Notes under the pieces: generated by a model | Databases searched by the model: none | What the model was told of the DNA's origin: nothing | The model's input: the letters and a program-made list of their open reading frames with translations, nothing else | NCBI GenBank assembly: GCA_046563655.1 | Contig: CM102290.1 | Coordinates: 8,494,001 to 8,558,000, forward strand | Direction of reading: 5' to 3' | DNA from: Yuukianura sp. NJ FZ-2021 | Lineage: Eukaryota | DNA: 64,000 bases | Shown here: piece by piece, positions 52,401-64,000 of the stretch | Layout: the number at the start of each line of letters is the position of its first letter | How positions within the stretch are numbered: the first letter of the stretch is position 1 | Program-made: the position numbers and the translations under genes

Positions 52401-55400
52401 ACACAAATTCTCCACGGGCATGCTGCGCAGACTCCCAAAACTCCATTAATTACCTTCATTGTTTACCTTAAGTCCGCGCATGATGCTCCACCCCCTATCC
52501 TCAAACTACAGTTTGACCTTTGCCAAAAATGTTCAAAAGTTTGACCTTTGCTAAATCCCTGTTTGGTCAAAAGTTCGAGCTTGGCTGTAAGACACTATCA
52601 GTGATTCGTGATTCATCAAAACTTTGACATTTGCAAACATTTGTTGGTCAAAAGTCTGGACTTGCTAAATCCGTTATTGGTCAAACGTTTGACCTTTGTT
52701 AAGTCCGTGATTGGTCACAGCTTTGACCTTCGCGAAAATCCGTCAATGTCCAAACCCTGTATCAACATTGATTTTTTCGCAACTTTTTTTTGTGCATCCT
52801 CTTCCTAGTGACCTCAACTTGTCCATCAGACACAGTAGAACATAAATTCACGTCACTCTCCATTTCTATCTAACCTAACCAACCTACTTAACCTAATCAA
52901 ACAAAACTGCCTAGATGTAAATGTACACACCAAAAATATTTACAAAAAAATCCAACCACTGAAAAAAATTGCAAACGGAAAATTCGTATCGCAGTCTCCA
53001 AATGTTTTGGAGTGAATTCATGAGAACGTTGGCATAATAAATCTCAGCTTTAGGATTGTTTGGGTAGGCTAGCAACCTATTTTGGCGTTAGGTTAGCAGC
53101 CTAAAATCTGTAGGAGTCTGTCGTATGAATTGTTTTTATCAAGTTGAATTTCGTGTTTCGTTTAGATAGTAGGAAGCGAGGATACAGGAAGTCCAGATAA
53201 TGGAAACGGAAGGAAAGTTTAATTTCCCCAGGACAGTTGGGAATTTAGATTCACTTTTGTATTCTTCCACTTGTCCAAACTAAAAACCACCAACTGTACA
53301 ACATGCTCCAAACGTTTTACACCTCACTTTCACCAAAATTCTAATACATACAGTGTAAATTTATCCCCGCCCGAGTTTTAATTTCTTTTTGCTTTCCCCA
53401 ACTTCTCTTTTCAAGTTACACGAAGTGTTAGGTGAAGACAGGTCCTGAGTGTTTTTTTTTTACATACGGAGAAAGTGTACCCCGAAACTGCTTTTTGACT
53501 ATGCTGTACAAGTCCATATGCCAGTTATGCTAAAATCCAGCGCACCTTTCCCGGCCCCATTATCGTCCTTAGTCCAATCCACTCTCTGTCCCCATCAATC
53601 TCTCCGGCTTCCGCTCCCACTAAAAACTCACTCAACTTTCTCCAAACAAAAATCCAATTCAAAACACTGCCATACTCTCATCTCCCTAAAATACACCTCG
53701 CAGTATGGCCATACACAAGCGACGTCATCCTCACTTGGGTGGAAGGGAGTGGGATTTCCCCAAAATCATATTTTTTCGCCACATTCAACGAAAAAACCTA
53801 AAATACTAAAAAAATATATATGCAAAAAAAATTAACAAATGTCAACATCAAACTGAAACAAAAACAAATTCTTAATCTCCGCTCTAGTGCAGTAGTCAAG
53901 TATTAACCCCCACTCGCGGGCGCTTGCTGACGTGAAATGTTGAACGTCCAACGGTCGTTTAACCAAACTAAAAATCTAATAAAATTTAATAAGTTCCTCA
54001 TACAAACATAACTGCCTCAGGAATCAGCAAAACTTTTATCCTACACCGCTTCCTGCTCTTTTTTTTAAGTCTTTTTTTGAACTCGTGTGACGGACACGGT
54101 TAGTTCCCAAAAACGACTTCCAGATGCCTTTCTTTTTATTACAAATTCGATAATTCACCAAAAGCCACGATTCCAGAGTCTTTGATCTCCCGGGAATGGG
54201 AAAATATAAAAGAAGCACATGGGAATATCTCCCTATGGAATATCACAAAAAAAGTAAAAGTAAAAAGAAAAGTGTCCAAGAAGACTATTTCCCTCAGTTG
54301 GATTTTAGTAGAGTCTCTTTCATACTCAAAATGTTCAAAAAATCAAACTTATGCACTGCACGCACTTTCTTCTGTCTTTTGAACATAAATTCACAGAAGA
54401 GAAAAAGAAAAAAAATGAATTTCAAATCAAACTTTTTTTTCTTGATGTAGTTTGCATGACATGTTCGACAACTCCCGTCAAAGTTTAAGAAAAAATCATT
54501 TCTAAATTTACAACCCTTACACCTCAGAGAACACTCGACGTTTTCTTATATAACGCTCCTACGTGCTTCCGTACGTCAGCAAAACTGACATTTTATATAA
54601 GCCGCGTCCTATACAAAACTAGAAACATTGCACAATTGTTAATTTTTTCATTTAAAATTCACAAGTTTGAAACAGTACTAAATTTATAATTCTAAAAAAA
54701 AACGATCTATGTACCAAAATGTTACAAAATTTATTACAATTTTAATTTCACAAAAATTAATTAATTTCAATTAGCTTACAGTATTACATATAATGTAGTA
54801 CTCGTTGCAAGAATTCAAAAAATACAGTATCCCCCAATTTTCTATACGCTCTCGTTCAAAATACTTTCCAAAATTCCCGAGTGTTTGACTTAAAACATAC
54901 AGTAAATTTTCATTTCCGTGTACACAAATACCTTGAAGAAAATACCGTAAATATTCCTGTAGGCATCCAAACTTAGACGAATATCGTACATTTGCTTTGG
55001 GTGTATTAAATTCAAAAAATAGCGTTTTGCAGATATAGAAGTGTCTCGGCCTAATGCATTCTGCCATGGCATTAGATTTTTTTTCAAACAAGTTCCTGCT
55101 CGGCGCCTATAGGAAGCATTACGGTACTCAGCCTTACGCTCCAGCCTGAAACCTCCAGTCGACTTTGTCACTGTCCGAATTCTCATTCACACGGGGCAAG
55201 TGGAACAATGCTTTTAGCATTGATCTTTCCACCAACTGCCAAAAACTCTGCTTCCAAAAACCTAACGTGATATACACGTGTAATTCCGTGTAAGTTTTCT
55301 CATGGAAAGTGTACTCTTCCCCAACAAAGAAAAACACACCTCCCGAAGGACAATTTGTTACACTCAAAACCTCAGCAGAGATTTAGTGATGATGACCATG

Positions 55401-58400
55401 TTTCTGCGGTGTACAAACCACTGTCTCCGAAAGCCCTTGTAGTCCCACTGTCTCCTCTGCGAATAATTAATTGTTTGGATTAGAACAACCCACACTGTAG
55501 TTAGTTCCCTCATCCCCTCAAACCCAAATCTCATTTCACCCCAGTCCCAAACCTCCAAGCACAAACCAACTTTAGAAGCGGTTAATTTTAAAACCCAAAA
55601 CGACATAAGCCGCACGCACTCAGAGACCAACTTTGAGAAAGATGGAAAACCGCCTTTGGCCCTCTCCAGCTCAAGAACATTTTAATTAGAACTCGGTTTT
55701 ATTTGACACAAATTCACAAATTTTACACTCCACCAATTTACTCTTACAGCGTTAAAACCTAATATTAGAATAATGTAACTTCCTTGGCCTAACTAACCTA
55801 ACCGTCCATCAGTTCCTCCATTATATTTCATCAGTACTACTTAATCTGACTCTGACCTTAGTCTGGTAAACTGCGACCATAGCCTCACAAAGTTTGACCA
55901 AAACCTAACCAACGCAGACAAAAAACTGAACCACGTCGTGTTACTTGTTGTCTTTTCAAAAAGTTGTCCAACTTTGTTGCCTTCAGCCAGGTTTAGTTTG
56001 GGTTCAAATCCTTGTTCAAAAAGTTTCTTAAACTTTTAAAAAACTTGCACAAAAGCCTTTCTTCTTCCCCCAAAATGTTAACTTTCTCCCCAAAATTGAC
56101 TCATTGTCTGAAAATGGACTTCCGCACACGGCCCGGGTTTTTTCAAAACGGTGACAACCTACAGGAAAGTTTTGTTTTTCCTATTTGACATGCGCCGCAT
56201 CCCTGTCCAAAAATAATGCTGTCCTTTCCTTCTTCATTGCCCAAAATCAAAAAAGCCCGGGAGACTATGATTTCAAATCCGTTTTCGACTCGGCTCAAGT
56301 GATAAGTGACGCCAATCCTATGTTGGCTCAGATCACAACAAAACAGGAGGAAGCTGAGAGCCAAATTGATTGATTGACACTTCAATGAAACGTCGAGCTT
56401 CCCCATTCCTTCTGTGACACATTCACATCCGCATCAACTCCAAAATGCCATCCTGTTACCTCCAAATTTTCAAAAAAAAAAAATACAAAAATTTAAAAAA
56501 AAAAATCAGGAGTAGAAATTTAAGCTCGTCACAACCAAAGCTAAACATTTAAGCGTCACTAGCTGATGAAGTTTTTTCGCGCACGAAAAAAACTTCTTTA
56601 ATTTTTTACTAGACTGCTCGCACGTCGGCACCGGGCGGAGCCGGACTCTGCTTGAATAGAATACCCAAGTGACTGACGTTTGACAGAGTTACGTTATGCC
56701 TAGTATGGCAGTCGGACAATCCCTTCCAGAACTTTTAGAGCATCTGACGGGACTTGCCTGCTCTTCCAGGACTTCCAGAACATATCACCCAAACAACTCC
56801 CATCCAGGATATCCTAGACTTCCTGGACGACTTTCAGATTGGGCTCTAGAGGGGCATCGGACCAGAAAATCATATAAAAATTTGAGATCCCGGGTTTTTG
56901 TGGACGGTCGACGGACAGGAGTTACAAAAAGGCGATCACTAAAGAGGATCCCATTAGAACAAAGTGGTGGACACAAGAGAAAAGCCTGCCCATAAAATTA
57001 CCCACAGTTGACCATCGCTTCCCGCCAGTTCGAATCCACGGCTCCGCTTTCCTCCGAAAATCCTTGTTTGATCCATTCTCAAAAAACCCAAAAATTGGGC
57101 GCCCCACTGCACCGCGTCGTCGTCCGGGCAAATTTCCAAAATTTAAACTTTACCGCCAAGAGACACATTTTCCCGCCATACAACCAAAAGCCCCTCCTCC
57201 TCCTGACAACCAATTAAGACATGAAAGGTTTCCCTCAAAAACAGAAAATTACATCCTGCTCAAAGTTGTTCATTAATTAACTCTCTCCAATCTGCACAAC
57301 TTGCCGCACGACTTTCACCGGACCCCCACCCACCTCCCGCAGCCCCCCAGACACACATGCTAATCCACTCAAACCCTGCTGCACAATCACCGATTCATCA
57401 ACTCTGAAACTCAAACCCACAAAGGAGTCTCACGAGTCAAAGGGAATCAAAACTCAATTTCAGTTTTACACAAACGCACAAACACACACAAAATCCGCTT
57501 CATGAATTATAAAACCAAAAACCCCAAAGTCAAAGACCAACAAAAACTCATTTTCCAAAGTTTCGGTCAGGAGCTGAGCATTTTCAAAATGGCTGAAAAA
57601 GGCGGTAGAGAAAATTCAACGTTTGTTATATAGGATAACCATGGAAATCGTTTGATGAAATCGTGGCACAATTACTGCCAAAATGCTTACGTCCTTTGAA
57701 TGTCCGAGTGTAATAGTATGAATAATAGTAATAATAGTCACTGTCAACGGTGTTCCAATTGGACAGACTCACTCATCCATCACTTCCTGACTCATTAATT
57801 CCTAAAACCAAAGTTATCTCACCAGCTTTACAACATTCACAACCTGTCAAAATCCATTCTTCTTCCTCAAACATTCAAAACACGCTAATCAATTACGCCA
57901 AAAAATTCATTTTCAGAGGAAACGTTCCAAATCAAATTGTTTTTATTCCACACAAACAAAAATCGTGTGACCATTTCCGAATGAAACCGTGTTGCCCGGC
58001 ACGGCACACCCTGCAAAAATTGAAACGGTCAGAAATCATGTGTAGAAAACAAGGAAAAAATTGATGTGACCAGCGTGCTAAAAAAAAAAAAAAGTCGTGC
58101 TCACGCAAAATTCTGTCCAATTTCCGCCATTATGATACAGTGTGATACAACTTAAACAAAACAGAATCAGTTAAACTCTTGTTACGAACTCACTTACTAG
58201 TAAACCTTCAGTGACCCGGAATCCGTATGTTCACTAGGGGTCGGAATCCGGATTTTGGCTCCGGATTCAAATCCGGATTTTTGACGGATTCGGATTATCC
58301 AAAATCCGGATTTTTAAATACTGAAATCCGGATTTCTACGGATTTCAAGAGCTATTCGAGGGCATGTGCGGTATCAAAAAAAAATAGCCAACCTCAGATT

Positions 58401-59906
58401 TACTCAATTTCAGGGTTCGTAAAATACCGTATTTTGTATTGTTGTGCCAATGTTGTGCTAATGTTGTGCCAATGTTGTGCCAATGTTGTGCTAATGTTGT
58501 GCTAATGTTGTGCCAATGTTGTGCTAATGTTGTGCCAATGTTGTGCCAATGTTGTGCTAATGTTGTGCTAATGTTGTGCCAATGTTGTGCCAATGTTGTG
58601 CCAATGTTGTGCCAATGTTGTGCTAATGTTGTGCCAATGTTGTGCTAATGTTGTGCCAATGTTGTGCCAATGTTGTAATGTTGTGCCAATGTTGTACCAA
58701 TGTTGTGCCAATGTTGTGCCAATGTTGTACCAATGTTGTAATGTTGTGCCAATGTTGTGCCAATGTTGTGCTAATGTTGTGCCAATGTTGTGCTAATGTT
58801 GTGCCAATGTTGTGCCAATGTTGTGCTAATGTTGTGCCAATGTTGTGCCAATGTTGTGCCAATGTTGTGCCAATGTTGTGCTAATGTTGTGCCAATGTTG
58901 TGCTAATGTTGTGCCAATGTTGTGCCAATGTTGTAATGTTGTGCCAATGTTGTGCCAATGTTGTGCCAATGTTGTACCAATGTTGTAATGTTGTGCCAAT
59001 GTTGTGCCAATGTTGTGCTAATGTTGTGCCAATGTTGTGCTAATGTTGTGCCAATGTTGTGCCAATGTTGTGCTAATGTTGTGCCAATGTTGTGCCAATG
59101 TTGTGCCAATGTTGTGCTAATGTTGTGCTAATGTTGTGCTAATGTTGTGCCAATGTTTCATTTGTTTTCAACACTAGTAATTTGATTCAAAAAATAAACA
59201 CGCCGAATTTATCATCAAGGTTTTAGCTACGAGTTTTTCCAACCTGCAATTTCGACAGTTAAATCAATTTTGAATTTCTTATGGGAGTTAACACTAAGTT
59301 AACATTGAAATCCGTCAAAATCCGAAATCCGGATTTTAAGAAACCCGTTCCGGATTCCGACCCCTAATGTTCACACAACTAAAAGTTAGGTGTGATGTAA
59401 ATACATGTTCACAGCCACAGAGTCACGTAGTGACTTGGTAGGCCAAAATCTTACCTTGAACTCGTGATAGTCAATTATGTGTACATCCCTGATTAAGTCA
59501 TATGACTAATCTTAAGCCGTGTTCACACCAGCAAAAGTTCGGTGTGACCCGAGTTCCACTCACGCAAATTAAAACCCCGTGACTAAAAAAGTTTATGTGC
59601 ATATCCCCGGTCGTGTGACCAACGCATGTTCACACATAAAACTAAAAAGTCGATGTGATTGGAATATTTAAATGAAAAACGCTTGACCACCAGAATTTAT
59701 GTACACATAAAAACAAGTTTTGACCAGTAGTATGTAGTATACAGTATGTGCGCATTTACAAAGGGAATTGTGTGACCTTGACTAACCTGGACAATTTTCT
59801 TGCAGTAGCGTCGACGTGTATTGAATGATCTAGCAAAATAGAAGCGACGATGAGGAACAAAGAGAGTTGGTTGGAACGAGCCGCCACCAGAGGTCGCTTG
59901 ATCCAT
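43500..59906 (-). CDS. POMGNT1: Protein O-linked-mannose beta-1,2-N-acetylglucosaminyltransferase 1, multi-exon
   Basis: Type II TM ([19 protein letters not shown], ~52270-52333); stem [33 protein letters not shown]13 peptides [97 protein letters not shown]; stop TAA at 43500-43502. First coding exon (59787-59906) is less certain. Confidence 0.93.
52511..52742. repeat. Degenerate ~33-bp tandem repeat in a POMGNT1 intron
   Basis: Recurrent unit resembling ttggtcaaaagtttgacctttgctaaatccg, about six diverged copies. Confidence 0.6.
58235..59366. mobile_element. Non-autonomous hAT-like DNA transposon (1132 bp) in a POMGNT1 intron
   Basis: Perfect 18-bp TIR TAGGGGTCGGAATCCGGA / TCCGGATTCCGACCCCTA; perfect 8-bp TSD ATGTTCAC (58227-58234, 59367-59374); subterminal AATCCGGATT repeats at both ends. 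TAGGG termini plus an 8-bp TSD are hAT hallmarks. Confidence 0.9.
58438..59157. repeat. 11-bp minisatellite (AATGTTGTGCY)n, ~65 units, inside the hAT-like element
   Basis: Direct read: units AATGTTGTGCC / AATGTTGTGCT with rarer AATGTTGTACC and 8-bp AATGTTGT variants. Confidence 0.97.
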
Positions 59907-60748
59907 TGCTTCTCAGCACTCTTCTTCAAATTGTATTGAAAGATCCACGACCACAGCCACGGTCCAGTAGCGACATTTCAGCGGTCCTCCCGGAAGTGGA
60001 GTCTCCCGCGTCCTCCCATGTGTCACCACCAAAAGTCAACTGCTGGATCCTTCCCTCTTCGCCCAATCCACGTCCAGCATCTGTCTCCTACTCCGCGGAT
60101 ATCTGAAACAAGTAAAAATAGAAAGTTGTACTTTTCTTCGTCATGTTAGAGTAAGTTACTCCAGAACTTATTTCCTGGCTCTTCGTCAGCAACACAAATC
60201 AATGAGAGGCAATGGCCCAACTCTGAACCCTGTCTGTCACTCAATGCCCAACTACTAAAACTCTCCTTTCCTTCGTCATTTTTCCGATAATCAAAATAAC
60301 AATATAAGGCGAACCGAGCCAAAAACTGGAGCAGCGGGGAAAGCAACTTTTTAGTTGAGCGTAGTTTCTCAAATGAAAGCAAAATCAATACAACTTTCCC
60401 CTTTGAAAACACTGTCACCAAAAGCTTTTCCGACGTCAACAGATCATGCTTTACTACTCGTCATTTTCTTAGCCTAATTCAAAATCTGCCGCCAAACTAA
60501 AACCCAAGCTTCCATTGAAATCGAAAAGTAGCATTGGCAGTACTGCTTCAAATGTAGACAAATGAATACTGCGGTATCCGGTAATTATGAAAATACCGCG
60601 GTACACCTTTCAATGCAGAAAAATGAATAGAAACATAAATTTTGTAGAAGTGAATACAGAATACTTCAGCATCTTGATACCAAAAAAATAAACTGAAATA
60701 CCGTAAAGAGATTTTGGAGTCTTTCAGTTTTTCGAATTTTTGATTATT

Positions 60749-60850
60749 TGATTGGTCGGAGTGGAAAAAATTTAAATTCTGATTGGCTGGCGTACAAAAG
60801 TTTGAAACGTTGATTGGCAGGGTTAAAAATTATTCAAATTCTGATTGGCC
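60749..60850. promoter_or_regulatory. Array of four TGATTGG (reverse CCAAT) boxes at 31-bp spacing
   Basis: ATTGG begins at 60751, 60782, 60813 and 60844; spacer sequences are only weakly similar. Confidence 0.5.
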
Positions 60851-63487
60851 AAGCACTGCAGAGAGTTGTCGTCACCCTCGTTTTTTACACTCGTTTTTCA
60901 AATTTGTACTATGCCAAATTGACTTTGGCACAAAACTCAAAATGTAATGAAACACAGGCGAGGCAGGCGTTTTCATTTTCACAAATTTCCATTTTCCCGC
61001 CATTTATAAAATCCCCCCTGAAAATGTGAAAACTCCCTTCTTTGTTTATTCTTCTTCGCCCTGAAAATTTAGTTTTTCAAAAAATAAAATTTGGATAAAG
61101 GGAAATGTGACACGCCAAAATCCTCTTCCACTTTTCAGGCTCATCTCATTTTGGCTCATTTTCCAAAAACGAAGAAAAAAATATGGAACTAATTTTTAGA
61201 ATTTTTTTTTAGAAAATCAAAGGGTGGGTCCATAGTTTCCCACTTCTTTGCCAAAACTATAAAATTCTCTCTCTCTTTTTCCAAAAAGCACCCGGAGTAC
61301 ACAAACCATCATCATCTGGATCCAGTCAACACCCAAACTTTTTTCGTTCTTTATTTTGTATTTAAAAAAACCGTTTCTAGAAAAAGCTGCTGCCTGTTTC
61401 GATGGTTTCTTGTGTCACGATGCCAAAAAGTTAAAAGTGAAAAGCTTTTGAAAAGACTAAAGAAACGGGAAGTTGGAGTTAATAAAAGGAATATCATGTT
61501 ACAAACGAAAACGAAATGTGAGAAAGATACTCCTAATTGATTCTTTGTGAAATCCAATCACTTTACGCGTCAAGTCCCTTCAGTAACAATTTCAAACAAC
61601 AACTTTTTCAAAAGGGAGACTTGTTAAAAACAATTTTTGAAAATTGTCCTAATTTGGGTTTTCCTAATTCCACAAAACTGTATTTTCCTAATAATCTGCA
61701 TTGCCGCTTTCTCCGTCTTTTCACCTTTCGTTTTTCGATGGAAAAATCATTTTTGCTCAAACAGACTTTTTTGAAATTAAAAAAAATGCAAGACAGGTAA
61801 CTTTTTTTAACTATGTTTAATTTTGCATATCACGTCAAAATCTTTTGAAACTAGATCTATGTTCGAACGCTCACAGTTCAAACTGCAACCAGAAAAAAAA
61901 ACGTTTTCGATTATTTCGGAATTTTCTAATTTCGTGTTTCGTGAGCAATCCTAATTTTTATCGGGAATATAACCGTTGAAGAAGAAAAAAAAACGAAATC
62001 GCCAAGAAAGCTGAAGACTTCCGAATAGAATTTTGGAAAAGACCGATTTCCTTCAGGGTCACAGTCACAGAATTTCGCGCACTTTTCAAAAACAGCAGCG
62101 CTTTTACCAGTCTAACTCAGAAACCCTGTGTGTATCGCTTTTCAGCGGAAATGCCTTGTTCCTTTAGTACTCGTGTAAAACCTTAAAGAAAAAGACGACA
62201 AAAATTACTGAAAACTGTTCATGCGCATAATTACTTTAAACCACATCATTTCCAAGTAATGCTTCGCTGAATAATCAAAATGATCTCAAAACACACAAAA
62301 GGATTCTCCTTCAAAGAACGAATCTAACCAATTCACCCCGAAATCATTTCGACACACACCGAAACCGAAATTTTGAAACTGCGAAACCGAAGTTACCAAA
62401 GTTCGTATTCCCCTGCCGCCAGAAACTTGTGTTGCCCCAGTACAACAAAACTTCTGAGTGTTTCGATAACTGTGACAAAATCCAAAAACACTTCTCGATT
62501 CCCAACTTTATGCAATTCATTTTAAGGCACCACTTCTCCTTGCGGTAACCAAGTTACAAATTCCAATTACAAAACTTGTAACTTTGTAACTTTCAAAAAG
62601 GACTTCACTTTTTTTCAAAACTTTGAGTTTTTTTTTTGAAAAGTGACATTTTTTTTTTGATTTTTCCTTTGAGACCGAAATCTCCGTCCCTGTTCATTAT
62701 GGCTTCCATGTCACACATAAAAAAAATCCACATTTTCAAAACTTCCTAAGGTTTCGTTTGCTGTCGAATTCTTTTTTCTCCTTTAAAAAAAAACTTTGTG
62801 TCAAAGTCATTTTTTCTCAAAAACTTTTCTTACAAATTTTTGCTTCCGTTCATCACATCTGTTTCGTCAGAAGCTTTCCGGTGTTCCGGATCGCATATCG
62901 ATACGCCAGAGCAGTTGACAGGTCGGGTCAACGACCTCCCCCGTCTTTTTTTTTTCAAAAACGAAAATGTTTACTTTGGCAATTAGGTAAAGACAAATGA
63001 ACTCTCTCTCTGTTTTGAAAAAAAAAACTAATCAATGGAAAGCCATTGATTCTGTCTTTTACTCTTTTGCCAAAAAAGAGAATCTTTACAATGATTTACG
63101 TTATTTTCGTCTTATTTCCCGCTAAGCCTCGAAAATACCAAATCAGAATCCCTCTAGGACCATGACACAACAATAGAAGAAAAAAGAAGTAAAAAAGGAA
63201 GCTAGAATTGAATCCAGGAACTCCTAACTTTCTCTTGCGTTTTCATAAACCCGCGCCTTTTCAATTCTGTGAAAGGATTTCCACGGATTCCAACTCCACA
63301 ATTTCACAATTGATTTTTTTTGCGGTTGAAAACTCCGAAATGAAAGTTACGAGTACAATGAAATTTTCGGCGGCAATTGGTACATCCAAATTAAACTGCT
63401 ACTCCTGAACTCAAAATCATAATAATAATAATAAATATTATAGTACATAAATAAATGAGTAAATATATGAACTAAAAAAAAACCTTA

Positions 63488-63620
63488 CGGAAAGACTTGT
63501 AGTTCAAGTCAAGATCAAATAAATTTCGCACAACGGAGACCTAAAAAAATACCAACTTGCGTCGCAAAAAATATCGGCGCGCGGACAGAAGTGTGCCGTG
63601 AGAACTACGCTTTAGTTTAT
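63488..63620 (-). other. Candidate non-coding first exon of POMGNT1
   Basis: Minus-strand donor CC|GTAAGG at ~63487 downstream of a CG-containing promoter-like patch; an unpaired acceptor (ttgtttcag) at ~60104 precedes the ATG exon. The 5' boundary is approximate. Confidence 0.35.
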
Positions 63621-64000
63621 AATTTTGTCTGGCAATGACAAAAACAAAAGAAAATTAGAATCATGTCAGCGTCCCGTCGTGTCAATTAATTAGTTAAAGA
63701 GTTAGGTTAACGTTGCTTTTGAGTTCCCCTACGTTGAGTTCATAACAGTAAGAGTGGATCTCTGTACTTTTTAGCATATTAAGAGAAGCCAAAGTTAAGT
63801 GTGTATCTCAGGACGCAGAAGGAGCGGAATGAAGTATAATTAGTTACCGTATCTACTCTCTTTTGTTGCCGCCCTGAACAAAGTTTCTTCTTTTGTTCTT
63901 TGACACCCACCAAAAAAACGGAGTTATAAATAGGACATTCTGCGTCTAGCCCAAATTGTGATCTGATCTCTCGAGATCTATGAGCATGTCTGTCCAAGTC

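Noticed and set aside
54771..55630. Chain of short minus-strand ORFs in a POMGNT1 intron
   Set aside because: No domain similarity, inconsistent frames, and no splice pattern linking them.
58345..59109. Cys/His-rich repetitive ORFs ([10 protein letters not shown]..., [11 protein letters not shown]...) and a CRISPR-like appearance
   Set aside because: They are translations of an 11-bp minisatellite with frequent stops; there are no unique spacers or cas genes, and the context is eukaryotic.
1..64000. tRNA, rRNA, snoRNA and prokaryotic defence systems
   Set aside because: None recognisable by eye; tRNAscan-SE and an Infernal/Rfam search would be needed to exclude small RNAs.

Overview
AT-rich, intron-containing eukaryotic DNA from a compact arthropod genome (short GT-AG introns; a springtail-like source is an inference, not demonstrated). 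Genes supported by sequence: Tudor-SN/SND1 (-), an uncharacterised 374-aa single-exon ORF (-), TMEM131 (-), a cytosolic-family sulfotransferase with an unusual N-terminal extension (+), an FRS2/3-like adaptor (-), LSm4 (+), a truncated EF1-beta copy that splices in frame into an F-box gene (+), an Rbp1/SRSF3-like SR protein with three alternative last exons (-), and POMGnT1 (-, long introns). Three TIR/TSD-delimited non-autonomous DNA elements are present, one carrying an 11-bp minisatellite. Most notable observations: (1) an apparently intact ~742-aa EF1beta::F-box chimeric ORF; (2) a hidden in-frame signal-anchor start inside a TMEM131 intron, suggesting a short internal isoform; (3) a sulfotransferase with a mitochondrial-presequence-like leader plus a hydrophobic segment; (4) a candidate autoregulatory splicing cassette in Rbp1. 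Exon boundaries were read by eye and may be off by a few bases.
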